Below are positions 27,048 through 37,273 of a DNA stretch of 64,000 bases, in pieces. Each line of letters begins with the position of its first letter. Position 1 is the first letter of the stretch. The notes beneath the pieces are model-generated. The model did not search any database and was not told the origin of the DNA. It worked only from the letters and a program-made list of their open reading frames with translations. The position numbers and the translations under genes are program-made. The stretch comes from Thermoplasmata archaeon. Its GTDB lineage: Archaea; Thermoplasmatota; Thermoplasmata; Lutacidiplasmatales; UBA184. The DNA lies in assembly GCA_027314915.1 (NCBI GenBank), contig DAHUZZ010000008.1:19746-83745 (forward strand). Reading direction: 5' to 3'.

Positions 27048-27893
27048 TTACCGTCTGCGCTCCGAACGGCCGGGCCGGAACCGGAGCGTGTCGCCGGCGC
27101 GCAGGTGGAACCGCCGGGCCGCCGAGCCCTCGCGCACCGCGAGCTCGATCGTCCCGAAGCTCGAGCCAAGGAGGCCCGGGCTCCCCCGGGCGAGGTCCTC
27201 GTAGGTCCGGACCCGGGGGAACGGCCGGGGGGCCCGGCCCCGACCGAGCGCGACCCGGACCGCGGGGTCACCGAGGGGGATCCAGTCGCTCGGGATGCTC
27301 GTGATCAGGTTCCCGAAGTGGTCCACGTGGAGGATCTCCCCGGTGACGAGGCCCGGGGACCGGTCGGCGCGCGGCGGGGGGAGCCGGAGCGGCCGGTGCG
27401 GGGGACCGAGCCGACCGAGGGGGGTCCCCGCGGCGAGCCGGGCCGCGGCCGGGGCGAACAGGTCGCGCCCCTCGAAGGTGGCGCTGGGCGTCCGGCCGGG
27501 GACCACCCGCCGGGGATCGAGACGGACGCAGGCCCGGAGGCCGAGCTCGTCCCCCAGGTAGGAGAGCACCCCGTTGTCGGGCCCGACCAGGTAGCTCCCC
27601 TCCCGGGTCCGGATCGCGATCGGGGCGCGCTCGCCGCCTACCCCGGGATCGAGGACCGCGACGTGGACCGTCCCGCGCGGGAAGCGCCGGGCCATCGCGG
27701 CCAGCAGGAACGCGCCCTCCCGGAGAGCGTGCCGGGGCAGGTCGTGGGCGAGGTCGACCACCTGGCCCGGGGCGAGCCGGGAGTACAGGACCCCCTTCAT
27801 CTGGGCGGAGTAGCTCGCGCCCAGGTCGGTCGTCAGCGTCACGAGCCGCGCGCGGCGCCCGCCGGACGGGCGGGGCTTCCCCTGGGACGGCAC
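27048..27893 (-). CDS. SAM hydroxide adenosyltransferase / SAM hydrolase family (DUF62)
   Basis: VTLTTDLGASY...ILHVDHFGNLITS match my recollection of the fluorinase/chlorinase-like fold. Confidence 0.7.
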   Translation of the reverse strand: MPSQGKPRPSGGRRARLVTLTTDLGASYSAQMKGVLYSRLAPGQVVDLAHDLPRHALREGAFLLAAMARRFPRGTVHVAVLDPGVGGERAPIAIRTREGSYLVGPDNGVLSYLGDELGLRACVRLDPRRVVPGRTPSATFEGRDLFAPAAARLAAGTPLGRLGPPHRPLRLPPPRADRSPGLVTGEILHVDHFGNLITSIPSDWIPLGDPAVRVALGRGRAPRPFPRVRTYEDLARGSPGLLGSSFGTIELAVREGSAARRFHLRAGDTLRFRPGRSERRR

Positions 27894-27927
27894 CGGGCTC
27901 CGCGGACGCGCGGGGACGTGCTCGCGC

Positions 27928-28260
27928 CTAGGACTTCATGATCGCCACCAAGAAGATGGCGACCGCGACGAGCGCCCCGATGACGGCGGCGAGGAGCACG
28001 AGGAAGCTGCCCCAGATGATCTGGTGGAGCTCCCCGGACCAGGCGGCGTGGTAGAAGTAGCCGGTGAGGAGGCCGACCACGATCCCCACGACGAGCAGGG
28101 TGACGCCGATGGTCCGGCTCTTCCCGCTGCCGAAGTAGGCGGTGAAGGCGCCCGCCAGGATCATGAAGAGCCCGAAGGTCAACAACAGGATCGTCACGAA
28201 CCCGTAGAAGCCGACGGTCAGCGTCGTGTCGGGCGCACTGCTTGCCAGGAGGTCGAACAT
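27928..28260 (-). CDS. small integral membrane protein (3-4 TM)
   Basis: 110 aa and almost entirely hydrophobic helices. It lies just downstream of the RAM-domain gene. Confidence 0.4.
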   Translation of the reverse strand: MFDLLASSAPDTTLTVGFYGFVTILLLTFGLFMILAGAFTAYFGSGKSRTIGVTLLVVGIVVGLLTGYFYHAAWSGELHQIIWGSFLVLLAAVIGALVAVAIFLVAIMKS

Positions 28261-28284
28261 CTCGTTTGTACTCCGCGGGTCGGA

Positions 28285-28545
28285 TCAGAACTTGATCCCG
28301 GTCAGGGTCTTGGTGTCGATCACGCCGGGGACGGCCCGGATCTTGTCGACGACGAGCTGGCCCAGGGCGTTGAAGTCCTCGGCCTCCACCTTCGCGATCA
28401 GGTCGTACTCCCCGAACAGGGGGTGCAACTCCACGATCCCCTTCACCCGCAGCAGCTCCGAGTACACCTCGTGCTCCTTCGCGGGGGCGGTGCTGATGAG
28501 GACGAAGCCGATCGCCACCGTGCTCCCTAACCAGAGCGGCCACAC
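28285..28545 (-). CDS. stand-alone Lrp/AsnC C-terminal (RAM) ligand-binding domain protein
   Basis: VYSELLRVKGIVELHPLFGEYDLIAKVEAEDFNALGQLVVDKIRAVPGVIDTKTL is typical of a RAM domain. There is no HTH. Confidence 0.55.
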   Translation of the reverse strand: MWPLWLGSTVAIGFVLISTAPAKEHEVYSELLRVKGIVELHPLFGEYDLIAKVEAEDFNALGQLVVDKIRAVPGVIDTKTLTGIKF

Positions 28546-28717
28546 CTGACCCGCTTTATAAGCGTTTGTGGGCGGCGGCTCGTCGGAGGCGGCGCGTCCG
28601 CGCCCCGGCGGCCCGGGGGCGGGCCGGATGGCGCTTCCCCCGGCGGGCCCTCCCCGTGCCGGTCGAACCGACAGGGCTTATCTCGGGCACCCGTCAGCGG
28701 TCGACGCCGGTCCCTCG

Positions 28718-30229
28718 ATGTTCCACCGTTTGAGCACGTGGCCTCGCCGTATCCTGGCCCGTCCCTGGCTCCTCACCTTCGCCCCGATCAGCGCGGCCAC
28801 CTCGGGATTCGGCGTCCTCCTGCCGCTGTACATCCTGCTGCGGCTCCACGGCACGCTGATCGACGTCGCGCTCGCGGCGGCGCTGTTCAACGGGGCGACG
28901 GTCTTCGCCTCGATGCTCTGGGGGTTCCTCTCCGACCGGTACTCGAACCGCCGGCTCTTCCTCACCATCAACTTCGCCGGGTTCGCGGCGCTCTTCGCCC
29001 TGATCGCCTTCCGCCCCTCGCTCCCCCTCCTCTTCGCGCTCTACACCATCGTGGGATTCCTCGCGCCGGCCGGCACCAGCGCGTCGAACCTGCTCATCCT
29101 CGAGCAGTTCAGCGAGGCGGAGCGGCCCGAGGCGTACGCCTCCTTCCAGGAGATGAGCATCCTGGGCGCCATCGGCGGGATCCTGATCGGCTACTTCTGG
29201 CTCGAGTCCGGCGGGGGGCTCACCCCGCTCCTCGACATCTTCGCGCTGCTCGCGCTCCTCTCCGTCCTCGGGGTGGTCCTCGGCATCCGGCCCTCCGAGC
29301 GGCCGCTCACCACCCGGCACGTGGCCCGGTCGCCGGAGTCGTTCCTCTCCCGGCTCCGGCCCACCTTCGCCCTCTTCGGGGTGATCCCGTTCTTCCCCCG
29401 CCGTCCGCGGCTCGGACCCGGCCTCGCCGCGCGCCTTCGGCTCTGGGCGATCGAGGAGCTGCACCACGAGCTCCCGCTCATCCTGGTCGCGAGCTTCCTG
29501 TTCAACTTCTCCTCGAACCTCTTCAACACCTCCTACACGCCCTACCTCGAGTCGCTCGGCATCGCGAGCGCCTCGATCTTCCTGGTGAACTTCTCGAACA
29601 GCGTCGCCCAGGCCGTCTGCTTCCCCGTCTCGGGCGGGCTCTCGAACCGCGAGGGGAGCGACCGGCTGGTCCACCAGTCGACCTACCTCCGCGGACTCGG
29701 CTACCTCACCATGACCGGGTTCACCTTCGTCCCGCTCACCGCCGTCGCCGCCTTCCAGGGGAACGCGATCACCTTCGGGATCCTGGGCGGCGCCATCGCG
29801 CTGTACTCCACCGCCTCCTCGCTGATCCTCTTCCGCGGCCTCCAGGGCCGGGAGGCCGGCACGATCCTCGGGATCAACAGCGCCCTCGGCGGCGTGGCCG
29901 CCGTGAGCGGCGCGCTCCTCTCCGGCTACACCTCCTTCTACGGGAGCTACCGGCTCACCTTCTTCGCGGCGGCGCTGGTCCTCTTCGCCTCGCTGCCGAT
30001 CTGGACCGCGGCGCAGCTCGCCTACGCCCGCCGCCGCGGGGTCGCGGTCGTGAAGCTGGCGCCGACCCCGGTGCCCGCCGAGCGGGGGCCCTCGCCCGGG
30101 GGATCGCCGGCCCCGCCCGCGCCCGCGGCGGTCCCCGTGGCCGCCCCGGCCGCGGTCCGGCCGGCCGCTCCCGCGCGCGAGGCGGCCGAGCTCGGACCGG
30201 TCCCCGGCGACGCCGGGCCCCCAAGCTGA
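28718..30229 (+). CDS. MFS transporter with Pro/Ala-rich C-terminal tail
   Basis: Internal ATG (MFHRLSTWPRR). About 12 TM helices. The 5' part of the listed ORF upstream of this ATG is discarded. Confidence 0.7.
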   Translation: MFHRLSTWPRRILARPWLLTFAPISAATSGFGVLLPLYILLRLHGTLIDVALAAALFNGATVFASMLWGFLSDRYSNRRLFLTINFAGFAALFALIAFRPSLPLLFALYTIVGFLAPAGTSASNLLILEQFSEAERPEAYASFQEMSILGAIGGILIGYFWLESGGGLTPLLDIFALLALLSVLGVVLGIRPSERPLTTRHVARSPESFLSRLRPTFALFGVIPFFPRRPRLGPGLAARLRLWAIEELHHELPLILVASFLFNFSSNLFNTSYTPYLESLGIASASIFLVNFSNSVAQAVCFPVSGGLSNREGSDRLVHQSTYLRGLGYLTMTGFTFVPLTAVAAFQGNAITFGILGGAIALYSTASSLILFRGLQGREAGTILGINSALGGVAAVSGALLSGYTSFYGSYRLTFFAAALVLFASLPIWTAAQLAYARRRGVAVVKLAPTPVPAERGPSPGGSPAPPAPAAVPVAAPAAVRPAAPAREAAELGPVPGDAGPPS

Positions 30230-30281
30230 TTAACCCGACCCGGCTCGCGGCCGCCGTCCCCCCGGGGGACGGCGAGGGCTC

Positions 30282-31409
30282 GTGACGGCAGTACCGGTGC
30301 AGCGGGGGCTCGAGGACGTCGTCGCGCTGGAGTCGAAGATCTGCTTCATCGACGGGAAGCAGGGCCGGCTCATCTACGAGGGCTACGACATCCGGGAGCT
30401 GGCCGAGCGCTCCACCTTCGAGGAGGTCGCCTACCTGCTCTGGTACGGCCGGCTCCCCACGGAGGCCCAGCTCGAGGAGCTCACCGAGCGGCTCCGGCAG
30501 CTCCGCGCCGTCCCGGAGGGCGTCATCGAGACGCTCCACGACCTCCCGACCGGCACCACGCCCATGGATGCGCTCCGCACCGCGGTCTCCGCGCTCGCCT
30601 CGTTCGAGCCGGAGGAGGGCCGTCCCGGCGCCACCTCGATCGGCGGGGCCCAGCGGCTCGTGGCGGTGCTCCCCGCGATCATCTCGGAGTTCGACCGGCG
30701 GCGGAGGGGTCGCTCGGCGCTCCCGGAACGCCCGGACCTCTCCCACGCCGCGAACGTCCTCTACCTCCTCACCGGCCGCGAGGGCTCGGAGATGGACGTG
30801 CGCGCGATGGACGTCGCGCTCATCCTGCACGCGGACCACGAGCTCAACGCCTCGACCTTCGCGGCCCGGGTCACCGCCTCCACGCTGAGCGACCTCTACT
30901 CCGCCATCACGAGCGCCATCGGCGCGCTCAAGGGCCCGCTCCACGGCGGGGCGAACGAGCGGGTGATGGAGCTCCTCCGGGCGATCCAGACGGTCGACCG
31001 GGTCGAGCCGGTCGTGCAGGAGAAGCTCGCGCGGCACGAGCGGATCATGGGCTTCGGCCACCGCGTGTACAAGGTCGAGGACCCCCGCGCCACGATCCTC
31101 CGGACCTGGTCGCGCCGGATCGGCGAGGAGAAGGGCGACCTCCGCTGGTACGATCTCCTCCAGAAGCTGTGCGAGGTGGTCCACCGCGAGAAGGGGCTCT
31201 ACCCCAACGTCGACCTCTTCTCCGGATCGGTCTACTCGCTGCTCGGCATCCCGGACGATCTCTTCACGCCGCTCTTCGCGGTGAGCCGGGTGAGCGGCTG
31301 GACCGCGCACGTGCTCGAGGAGTACGCCGACCTCCGGCTCATCCGGCCGACCGCGCGGTACACCGGGCCGACCGATCTCCCCTACGTTCCGCTCGACCGG
31401 CGCGCCTAG
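30282..31409 (+). CDS. gltA: citrate synthase (or 2-methylcitrate synthase)
   Basis: The signature is GFGHRVYKVEDPRA. His/Asp catalytic residues are in context. Confidence 0.85.
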   Translation: MTAVPVQRGLEDVVALESKICFIDGKQGRLIYEGYDIRELAERSTFEEVAYLLWYGRLPTEAQLEELTERLRQLRAVPEGVIETLHDLPTGTTPMDALRTAVSALASFEPEEGRPGATSIGGAQRLVAVLPAIISEFDRRRRGRSALPERPDLSHAANVLYLLTGREGSEMDVRAMDVALILHADHELNASTFAARVTASTLSDLYSAITSAIGALKGPLHGGANERVMELLRAIQTVDRVEPVVQEKLARHERIMGFGHRVYKVEDPRATILRTWSRRIGEEKGDLRWYDLLQKLCEVVHREKGLYPNVDLFSGSVYSLLGIPDDLFTPLFAVSRVSGWTAHVLEEYADLRLIRPTARYTGPTDLPYVPLDRRA

Positions 31410-31837
31410 CGGCGCCGGCGCGGGCCGCGGGCGGGCCCGGCAGGGTCGAACCGCTCGTCGGAGGCGACCTGCATGAGCGGGTAGCGGAGCGCGGGATCGT
31501 AGGCGAGCCGGGCGGTCACCTCGTGTTCGCCGTCCCCGAGGGTCACCTCCGCCGTGAGCATCTCGGCGGTGAGGTAGCGGTAGCCGTACCGTCCCCGGCC
31601 GACCGGCCCGCCCCGGGCCGGCGCGATCCCGACCTTGACCGACCGCACGTAGGGCTGGAGGCGGACCGCCTCCGCGATCGCGCGGGCGAGCCCCGGAGCG
31701 GTCCGCGGCGAGACCGGGACCCCGATGTACTGGTGGAAGATCCCGCCGAGCTTGATGCCCGCCTCGAACAGGAGCCGCTCCCGGGGGGTGAGCGTGGTGG
31801 GCCGCGGGCGGGCCCCCGACCGTCGCGCCCTAGGCAT
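31406..31837 (-). CDS. archaeal-type dihydroneopterin aldolase (MptD/DUF381-like)
   Basis: LLFEAGIKLGGIFHQYIGVPVS...RLQPYV resembles the MJ0408 family as I recall it. Confidence 0.6.
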   Translation of the reverse strand: MPRARRSGARPRPTTLTPRERLLFEAGIKLGGIFHQYIGVPVSPRTAPGLARAIAEAVRLQPYVRSVKVGIAPARGGPVGRGRYGYRYLTAEMLTAEVTLGDGEHEVTARLAYDPALRYPLMQVASDERFDPAGPARGPRRRR

Positions 31838-32618
31838 GGGCGGGTCCTTCCGGCGAGGGAGGTTCCGGCGGCGACGGCACGGGCCCGCGGACGGTGAAGG
31901 GGCCGAGGAGGTAGAACAGGGCGATCCCCGCCGCGGCGATCGCCGCGGCGGCCTCGCTCAGGACCCAGGCCGGCGAACCCCGGGCCGGGACGAACTGGGC
32001 GACCACGAGGGCGACGGCGAGCGCGAGGCTCGTCAGCGTCATGAGCGGCCGCGTCGGCTCGCCCCGCCGGATCTTGGGGTAGGGGATCGGCAGCACCATG
32101 AGGAGCGCGAGCCCGGCGGAGGCCCCGAAGAGGAGGACCGGGTCGGGCCGGTAGAAGGCGGGCTGGTCCAGGAAGAGGAGGAGCAGGACCAGCGCGAGCG
32201 TCGTCTGCGGCGTGGAGGCGCCGACGAAGTGCGGGCGCGCGTAGCCGCGGACGGTGAAGTAGATGAGCCGCACGAAGGCGAGCGCCATCACGAGGGCGGC
32301 CACCGCGTAGCCGACGACCGAGTACGGCGCGAAGGTCTGGACCCCGTAGCTGTGCACCGCCAGGAAGACCGCCGGGGCGACCCCGAAGGAGATGGCGTCG
32401 GCCGTGGAGTCGAGCACGCGGCCCGACACGGTCGGCGGCCCCCCGCCCAGGCGGTGGAGCATCCCGTCGAGCCCGTCGAAGCCGATGGCGCCGACGATGA
32501 GGAGGAGGCCGAAGAGCTTGTTGCCGGCGAGCGTGTAGGCGATGGCGTCGACGCCGAGGAGGGCGTTCACGAGCGTCGCCAGGTTCGCCGCCGTCTGGAA
32601 CCCGCGCCGGCGGTCCAT
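31830..32618 (-). CDS. CDP-alcohol phosphatidyltransferase, probable archaetidylserine synthase
   Basis: The motif DGLDGMLHR...GRVLDSTAD matches D-G-x2-A-R-x8-G-x3-D-x3-D. It is multi-TM and lies immediately upstream of the PS decarboxylase. Confidence 0.75.
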   Translation of the reverse strand: MDRRRGFQTAANLATLVNALLGVDAIAYTLAGNKLFGLLLIVGAIGFDGLDGMLHRLGGGPPTVSGRVLDSTADAISFGVAPAVFLAVHSYGVQTFAPYSVVGYAVAALVMALAFVRLIYFTVRGYARPHFVGASTPQTTLALVLLLLFLDQPAFYRPDPVLLFGASAGLALLMVLPIPYPKIRRGEPTRPLMTLTSLALAVALVVAQFVPARGSPAWVLSEAAAAIAAAGIALFYLLGPFTVRGPVPSPPEPPSPEGPAHA

Positions 32619-33248
32619 CTAGCGCTCCCGGGCGAGCGGCGTGAGGCCGGCGTGCACGCGGTCGCCGACCGCCACGCTCGGCACGACCTTCCCGGCGGGC
32701 AGGAGGAGGTCCACCCGCGAGCCCAGGACGATCATGCCCAGCCGGTCGCCCTTGCGGTAGCTCTCCCCCGCGCGGACGAAGGAGACCAGGCGGCGGGCGA
32801 GCACCCCGGTCACCTGGACGAGCTCGACCTCCCCGAGCCGGGTCGAGAGCCGGTAGGCCCGCTGGACGTTGCCCTGGGCGGCGCTCCGGTAGGCGGGCAC
32901 GTGGCCGGCCCCGGCATCGGCCACCGCTTCCACGCGCGCATCGAGGGGGAATCGGTTCACGTGCACGTCGGAGACGTTCATGAAGACGGCGATACGGATC
33001 CGGTCGCCCTCGCTCCGGATCAGGCTGACCCGGCCGTCGGCCGGGGAGACGATGCCCTCGCCGGGGCTCCGCTCGGGGTCCCGGAAGAAGACGGCCAGGA
33101 AGAGGAGGAGCCCCCCTCCGAGCCCGAGGAGCCCGATCGAGAGCGCCTCCTCCCCGCCCGTCGGGCGCCGGAGGACCGCGACGGCGGAGAGGAGGAGCAG
33201 CGCGAGAGCGAGCGCCCCGAGCGGGGGGCCCGTCCTCGGCGCGAACAC
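32619..33248 (-). CDS. psd: archaetidylserine (phosphatidylserine) decarboxylase proenzyme, short archaeal type
   Basis: The LGS/R self-cleavage motif is GMIVLGSRVDLL. There is an N-terminal TM anchor. Confidence 0.8.
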   Translation of the reverse strand: MFAPRTGPPLGALALALLLLSAVAVLRRPTGGEEALSIGLLGLGGGLLLFLAVFFRDPERSPGEGIVSPADGRVSLIRSEGDRIRIAVFMNVSDVHVNRFPLDARVEAVADAGAGHVPAYRSAAQGNVQRAYRLSTRLGEVELVQVTGVLARRLVSFVRAGESYRKGDRLGMIVLGSRVDLLLPAGKVVPSVAVGDRVHAGLTPLARER

Positions 33249-33258
33249 GCCCGCCGTC

Positions 33259-33567
33259 TCAGCTCTTGAGGACGATCTCGATGTTGACGCCGTCGGGCAC
33301 CTGGATGCGCATCACCTGGCGCAACGCCCGCTCGTCGGCATCGAGGTCGATGAGCCGCTTGTGGATCCGCATCTCCCAGTGGTCGATGGTGCTCGACCCG
33401 CCGCCGTCCGGGCCCTTCCGGACGGGGACCTTGAGCCGCTTCGTGGGCAGCGGGATCGGCCCGGCCATGGACACCCCGGTCTTCGAGGAGATCTCCTTGA
33501 TCTGGCGGCAGACGATGTCGACCTTCTTCGCGTCGGTGCCGCTCAGGGAGATGCGGGCCTTCTGCAT
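33259..33567 (-). CDS. rps10: 30S ribosomal protein S10 (uS10)
   Basis: [28 protein letters not shown]...IHKRLIDL is characteristic of uS10. Confidence 0.9.
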   Translation of the reverse strand: MQKARISLSGTDAKKVDIVCRQIKEISSKTGVSMAGPIPLPTKRLKVPVRKGPDGGGSSTIDHWEMRIHKRLIDLDADERALRQVMRIQVPDGVNIEIVLKS

Positions 33568-33606
33568 GGACCGATGACCCCTCCCCCCGAGCGACCCGGA
33601 TCGGGC

Positions 33607-34884
33607 CTACTCGCGCTTCTTGACGTCGACGACGACGCCCGCGGCGACGGTCTGGCCCATGTCGCGGACCGCGAACCGGCCCAGCTGGGGGAACTCTTTG
33701 TACTTCTCGATGACGAGGGGCCGCTTCGGCGTGATCTTCACCACGGCCGCGTCCCCGGTCTTGAGCGTCTGGGGGTTCTCCTCCGCGACCTGGCCGGTCT
33801 TGGGGTCGAGCCGCTTCAGCAGCTCGGTGAACTCGCACGCCACCTGCGCGGTGTGGGCGTGGAAGACCGGCGTGTAGCCGGCCGTGATCACCGACGGGTG
33901 GTTCAGCACCTGGATGTTGGCGGTGAAGCTCTCGACGACCGTCGGGGGCGAGGAGACCGGGCCCACCACGTCGCCGCGCCGGATGTCGTTCTTGTCGATC
34001 CCGCGGACGTTGAAGCCGACGTTGTCGCCCGGGATCGCCTCCTGCACCTGCTCGTGGTGCATCTCGATGGACTTCACTTCGCCCGACTTGCCCGAGGGCA
34101 GGAAGATGATCTTGTCGCCCACCTTGAGCTTACCGGTCTCGACCCGGCCCACGGGGACGGTGCCGATGCCGGTGATGGTGTAGACGTCCTGGACCGGCAG
34201 CCGGACCGGCTTGTCGGTCGGCTTCTCGGGGACCTTGAGGTTGTCGAGCGCCTGGAGCAGGGTCGGGCCCTTGAACCAGGTCATGTTCGGCGAGTTCTTG
34301 TTGATGTTGTCGTCCTTGAACGCCGAGATGGGGATGAAGACGACCTGCTGCTCGATCTTGAAGCCGACGTTCTTGAGGAGCTTGGTCAGCTCCTCCTTGA
34401 TCTCGTTGTAGCGCGCCTCGGAGTACTTGACCTCCTGGCGGTCCATCTTGTTGACGGCGCAGATGAGCTGGGAGACCCCGAGCGTCCGGGAGAGGAAGAT
34501 GTGCTCCCGGGTCTGCTCCTGGATCCCTTCCGCGGCGGAGCAGACGAGCACGGCCGCGTCGGCCTGGCTCGTCCCCGTGATCATGTTCTTCACGAAGTCG
34601 CGGTGGCCGGGCGCGTCGATGATGGTGAAGTAGTACTTCTGGGTGTCAAACCGGCGGTGGGCGATGTCGATGGTGACCCCCCGCTCCCGCTCCTCCTTGA
34701 GGTCGTCCATCACCCAGGCGAACTCGAAGGTGGCCTTCCCCTTCGATTCCGCCTCGGCCCGGTACTTGTCGATCTCCTCCTGCCGGATGACGCCCGTGTC
34801 GAGGAGGAGGCGGCCCACCGTCGTGGACTTCCCGTGATCGACGTGACCGATGAAGACGATGTTCAGGTGGGGCTTCTGTGCCAT
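33607..34884 (-). CDS. tuf: translation elongation factor EF-1 alpha (aEF1A)
   Basis: [17 protein letters not shown] and NKMD are the G-domain motifs. Domains II/III are present. The start is at MAQKPHLN. Confidence 0.95.
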   Translation of the reverse strand: MAQKPHLNIVFIGHVDHGKSTTVGRLLLDTGVIRQEEIDKYRAEAESKGKATFEFAWVMDDLKEERERGVTIDIAHRRFDTQKYYFTIIDAPGHRDFVKNMITGTSQADAAVLVCSAAEGIQEQTREHIFLSRTLGVSQLICAVNKMDRQEVKYSEARYNEIKEELTKLLKNVGFKIEQQVVFIPISAFKDDNINKNSPNMTWFKGPTLLQALDNLKVPEKPTDKPVRLPVQDVYTITGIGTVPVGRVETGKLKVGDKIIFLPSGKSGEVKSIEMHHEQVQEAIPGDNVGFNVRGIDKNDIRRGDVVGPVSSPPTVVESFTANIQVLNHPSVITAGYTPVFHAHTAQVACEFTELLKRLDPKTGQVAEENPQTLKTGDAAVVKITPKRPLVIEKYKEFPQLGRFAVRDMGQTVAAGVVVDVKKRE

Positions 34885-35139
34885 GACGTGGGCTCCGGGC
34901 GCGTCCAAAAGGTCCCACTATTTGACGCTTTATCTCCTCCGTCGGCGGCCGGGGCCGTTCTCGACGTGAACCCGCCTCCGGAAACGGGACCGGCTCGGCG
35001 CAAAGCCCTATACGCGCCGGCTCTCTTGGCACGGCCGCCCCCTCCCGCCGGTCGGGCCGGGGGCAGGAAAGAGGTCCTCCGCGTGCCGGGCGTTCGAGCG
35101 CGCACCGTCCCGGCGAGCCGGTCCTCCGTCGTGCGGCTC

Positions 35140-35610
35140 ATGCTGCCGACGGACGCGAACTTCATGGGCAACGTCTTCGGCGGCGCGATCCTGGCGGACC
35201 TGGACCGGGCGGCCTACATCACGGCGACCCGGCACAGCCAGTCGAACTGCGTGACCGCCTCGTTCGACCGGGTCGACTTCCTCCGGCCCGTCCACGTGGG
35301 GCAGGTGGTCGAGTACGAGGCCCGCCTGACCTTCGTGGGCCGGAGCTCGATGGAGGTGGCCATCGAGGTGCGGGCCGAGGCCCTCGCGGGCGGCGAGAAG
35401 TACCCGGTCGTCAACGCCTGGATCACCATGGTCGCGGTCGATCCGGAGGGCCACCCGGTCCCCGCCCCGCCGCTCGAGCTCACGACCGAGGAGGAGCGGG
35501 CGGAGTTCGAGCGGGGCCGTGCCCGGATGGACGCGCGCCGGGGGCAGCGCCCGGCCTTCGGCGGGACCGCCCGGCCGCCGCGCGCCCGGAACGCGTCTTC
35601 GAAGAGGTAG
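35140..35610 (+). CDS. acyl-CoA thioesterase, hotdog fold (YciA/Acot-like)
   Basis: MLPTDANFMGNVFGGAILADLDRAAYITA is typical of hotdog acyl-CoA hydrolases. The start may be GTG at 35131 or 35082. Confidence 0.7.
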   Translation: MLPTDANFMGNVFGGAILADLDRAAYITATRHSQSNCVTASFDRVDFLRPVHVGQVVEYEARLTFVGRSSMEVAIEVRAEALAGGEKYPVVNAWITMVAVDPEGHPVPAPPLELTTEEERAEFERGRARMDARRGQRPAFGGTARPPRARNASSKR

Positions 35611-35616
35611 ATCACG

Positions 35617-36066
35617 ATGTTGTGCGAGATGTGCGGGAAGGACGTGGCCGTGCCGACGATGGTCAAGGTCGAGGGCACGGTGCTCGCGCTGTGCGGCGAT
35701 TGCAGCCGGTTCGGCACCGCGGTGAACCCCCCGGCGGGCGCGGTCCTCCCGGCGGACCGGCCCGGCCGGCCGGGCGGCGGGACCCTCGACGACCGGCTCC
35801 GGACCGAGTCGCGCCGCCGCGAGGAGCGCGACCTCTTCCAGGAGCTGCCGGACCTCGAGCTCGTGCCCGACTGGCCGAAGCGGGTCCGCCAGGCGCGGGA
35901 GAAGCTCGGCTGGACCCCCGAGGAGCTCGGGAAGCGGCTCAACGAGAAGAAGTCGCTCGTCCTCAAGCTCGAGAGCGGCGGGTTCCGGCCACCGGACGCG
36001 ACGGTGCGGAAGGTCGAGCACCTGCTCAAGGTCCGGCTCCGGGCGAACCCGGGCGAGCTCGGCTGA
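35617..36066 (+). CDS. archaeal multiprotein bridging factor 1 (aMBF1): zinc ribbon + HTH
   Basis: The N-terminal ribbon is CEMCGK...CGDC. The C-terminal XRE-type HTH is RVRQAREKLGWTPEELGKRLNEKKSLVLKLESG. Confidence 0.75.
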   Translation: MLCEMCGKDVAVPTMVKVEGTVLALCGDCSRFGTAVNPPAGAVLPADRPGRPGGGTLDDRLRTESRRREERDLFQELPDLELVPDWPKRVRQAREKLGWTPEELGKRLNEKKSLVLKLESGGFRPPDATVRKVEHLLKVRLRANPGELG

Positions 36067-36088
36067 CCGGGTCCCCGCCCCCGCTCCG

Positions 36089-37027
36089 CTACCGCGGGGG
36101 GAGGAGGAGCTCGAGGATCGCCTTCTGCGCGTGGAGCCGGTTCTCCGCCTGGTCCCAGACGATCGAGCGGTCGCCGTCGATCACCTCGTCGGTGATCTCG
36201 AGCCCGCGGTGCGCCGGCAGGTCGTGCATCACCCAGGCCCCCGGCCGGGCCGCCCGCAGGAGCTCGGAGTCGATCCGGTACCCCGCGAAGGCGCGGGTCC
36301 GCTCCGCGGCCTGGGACTCGTCGCCCATCGACACCCACACGTCGGTGTAGAGGACGTCGGCGCCCCGCGCGGCCTCCGGGGGGACGCTCACGAACTCGAC
36401 GCGGCTACCGTGGGCGCGGGCGTACCCCTCGGCACGCCGCCGCACCTCCTCCGACGGCCGGTACCGCTCGGGGACCGCTCCCACGAAGTCGAGGCCCACG
36501 AGGGCGCAGCCGAGGGCCAGGGAGTTGCAGACGTTGTTGCCGTCCCCGATGTAGGCGAGCGTGCGGCCGGAGAACCGCCCGTCCCATCGCTCGGAGAGCG
36601 TGAGGAGGTCCGCGACGATCTGGCAGGGGTGCTCGAGGTCGTCGAGGGCGTTGACGACCGGGACGCTCGCCCAGCGGGCCAGCTCCTCCATGTCCTGGTG
36701 CTTGAACGCGCGGTAGACGATCGCGTCGACGTACCGCGAGAGCACCCGGGCGGTGTCCGCGATCGTCTCGCCGCGGCCGAGCTGGAGCTCCCGGGACGAG
36801 AGGTAGAGCGCGTGGCCGCCCAGGTCGTTCATCGCGACCTCGAAGGAGGTCCGCGTGCGGGTCGAGGGCTTCTCGAAGAGGAGCGCGGCGTTTCGGCCCG
36901 GTCGGACCGCCGAGAGCTCCCCCCGCCTACGGGCCCGCTTCATCTCGAGCGCCCGGGCCAGGAGCGAAGGCAGGTCGTGCTCGAGGTCGGTGATGGAGAG
37001 GAGGTCGCGCTTGGCCGGTCCGCTCAT
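36089..37027 (-). CDS. argF: ornithine carbamoyltransferase
   Basis: The motifs are STRTR, HPCQ, and SMG in DVWVSMG. The start is the internal ATG (MSGPAKRDLL). The upstream 5' extension of the listed 821-aa ORF is spurious. Confidence 0.9.
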   Translation of the reverse strand: MSGPAKRDLLSITDLEHDLPSLLARALEMKRARRRGELSAVRPGRNAALLFEKPSTRTRTSFEVAMNDLGGHALYLSSRELQLGRGETIADTARVLSRYVDAIVYRAFKHQDMEELARWASVPVVNALDDLEHPCQIVADLLTLSERWDGRFSGRTLAYIGDGNNVCNSLALGCALVGLDFVGAVPERYRPSEEVRRRAEGYARAHGSRVEFVSVPPEAARGADVLYTDVWVSMGDESQAAERTRAFAGYRIDSELLRAARPGAWVMHDLPAHRGLEITDEVIDGDRSIVWDQAENRLHAQKAILELLLPPR

Positions 37028-37273
37028 ACGCACCGCGAACCCTTCGCTCGAAGTAAGAACCCGGTGTCCCGCGCGGTACAGTTCGGGGGAACGGCGTCCT
37101 CCGGGACCGCCCCCGCCCCGGGCCCTCAATGAGATTATTAGTCCGCATCGCTCGCGGCCCCAATGTCCGGAAGCGCTTCCCACTCCGGCGCGCACGCCGC
37201 CGCCCGATCGACCGCCCCGCCCCCGCGCGCCCCGCACCCGCCCGATACCGGCCATGGCGGCCGACGGGTCTAC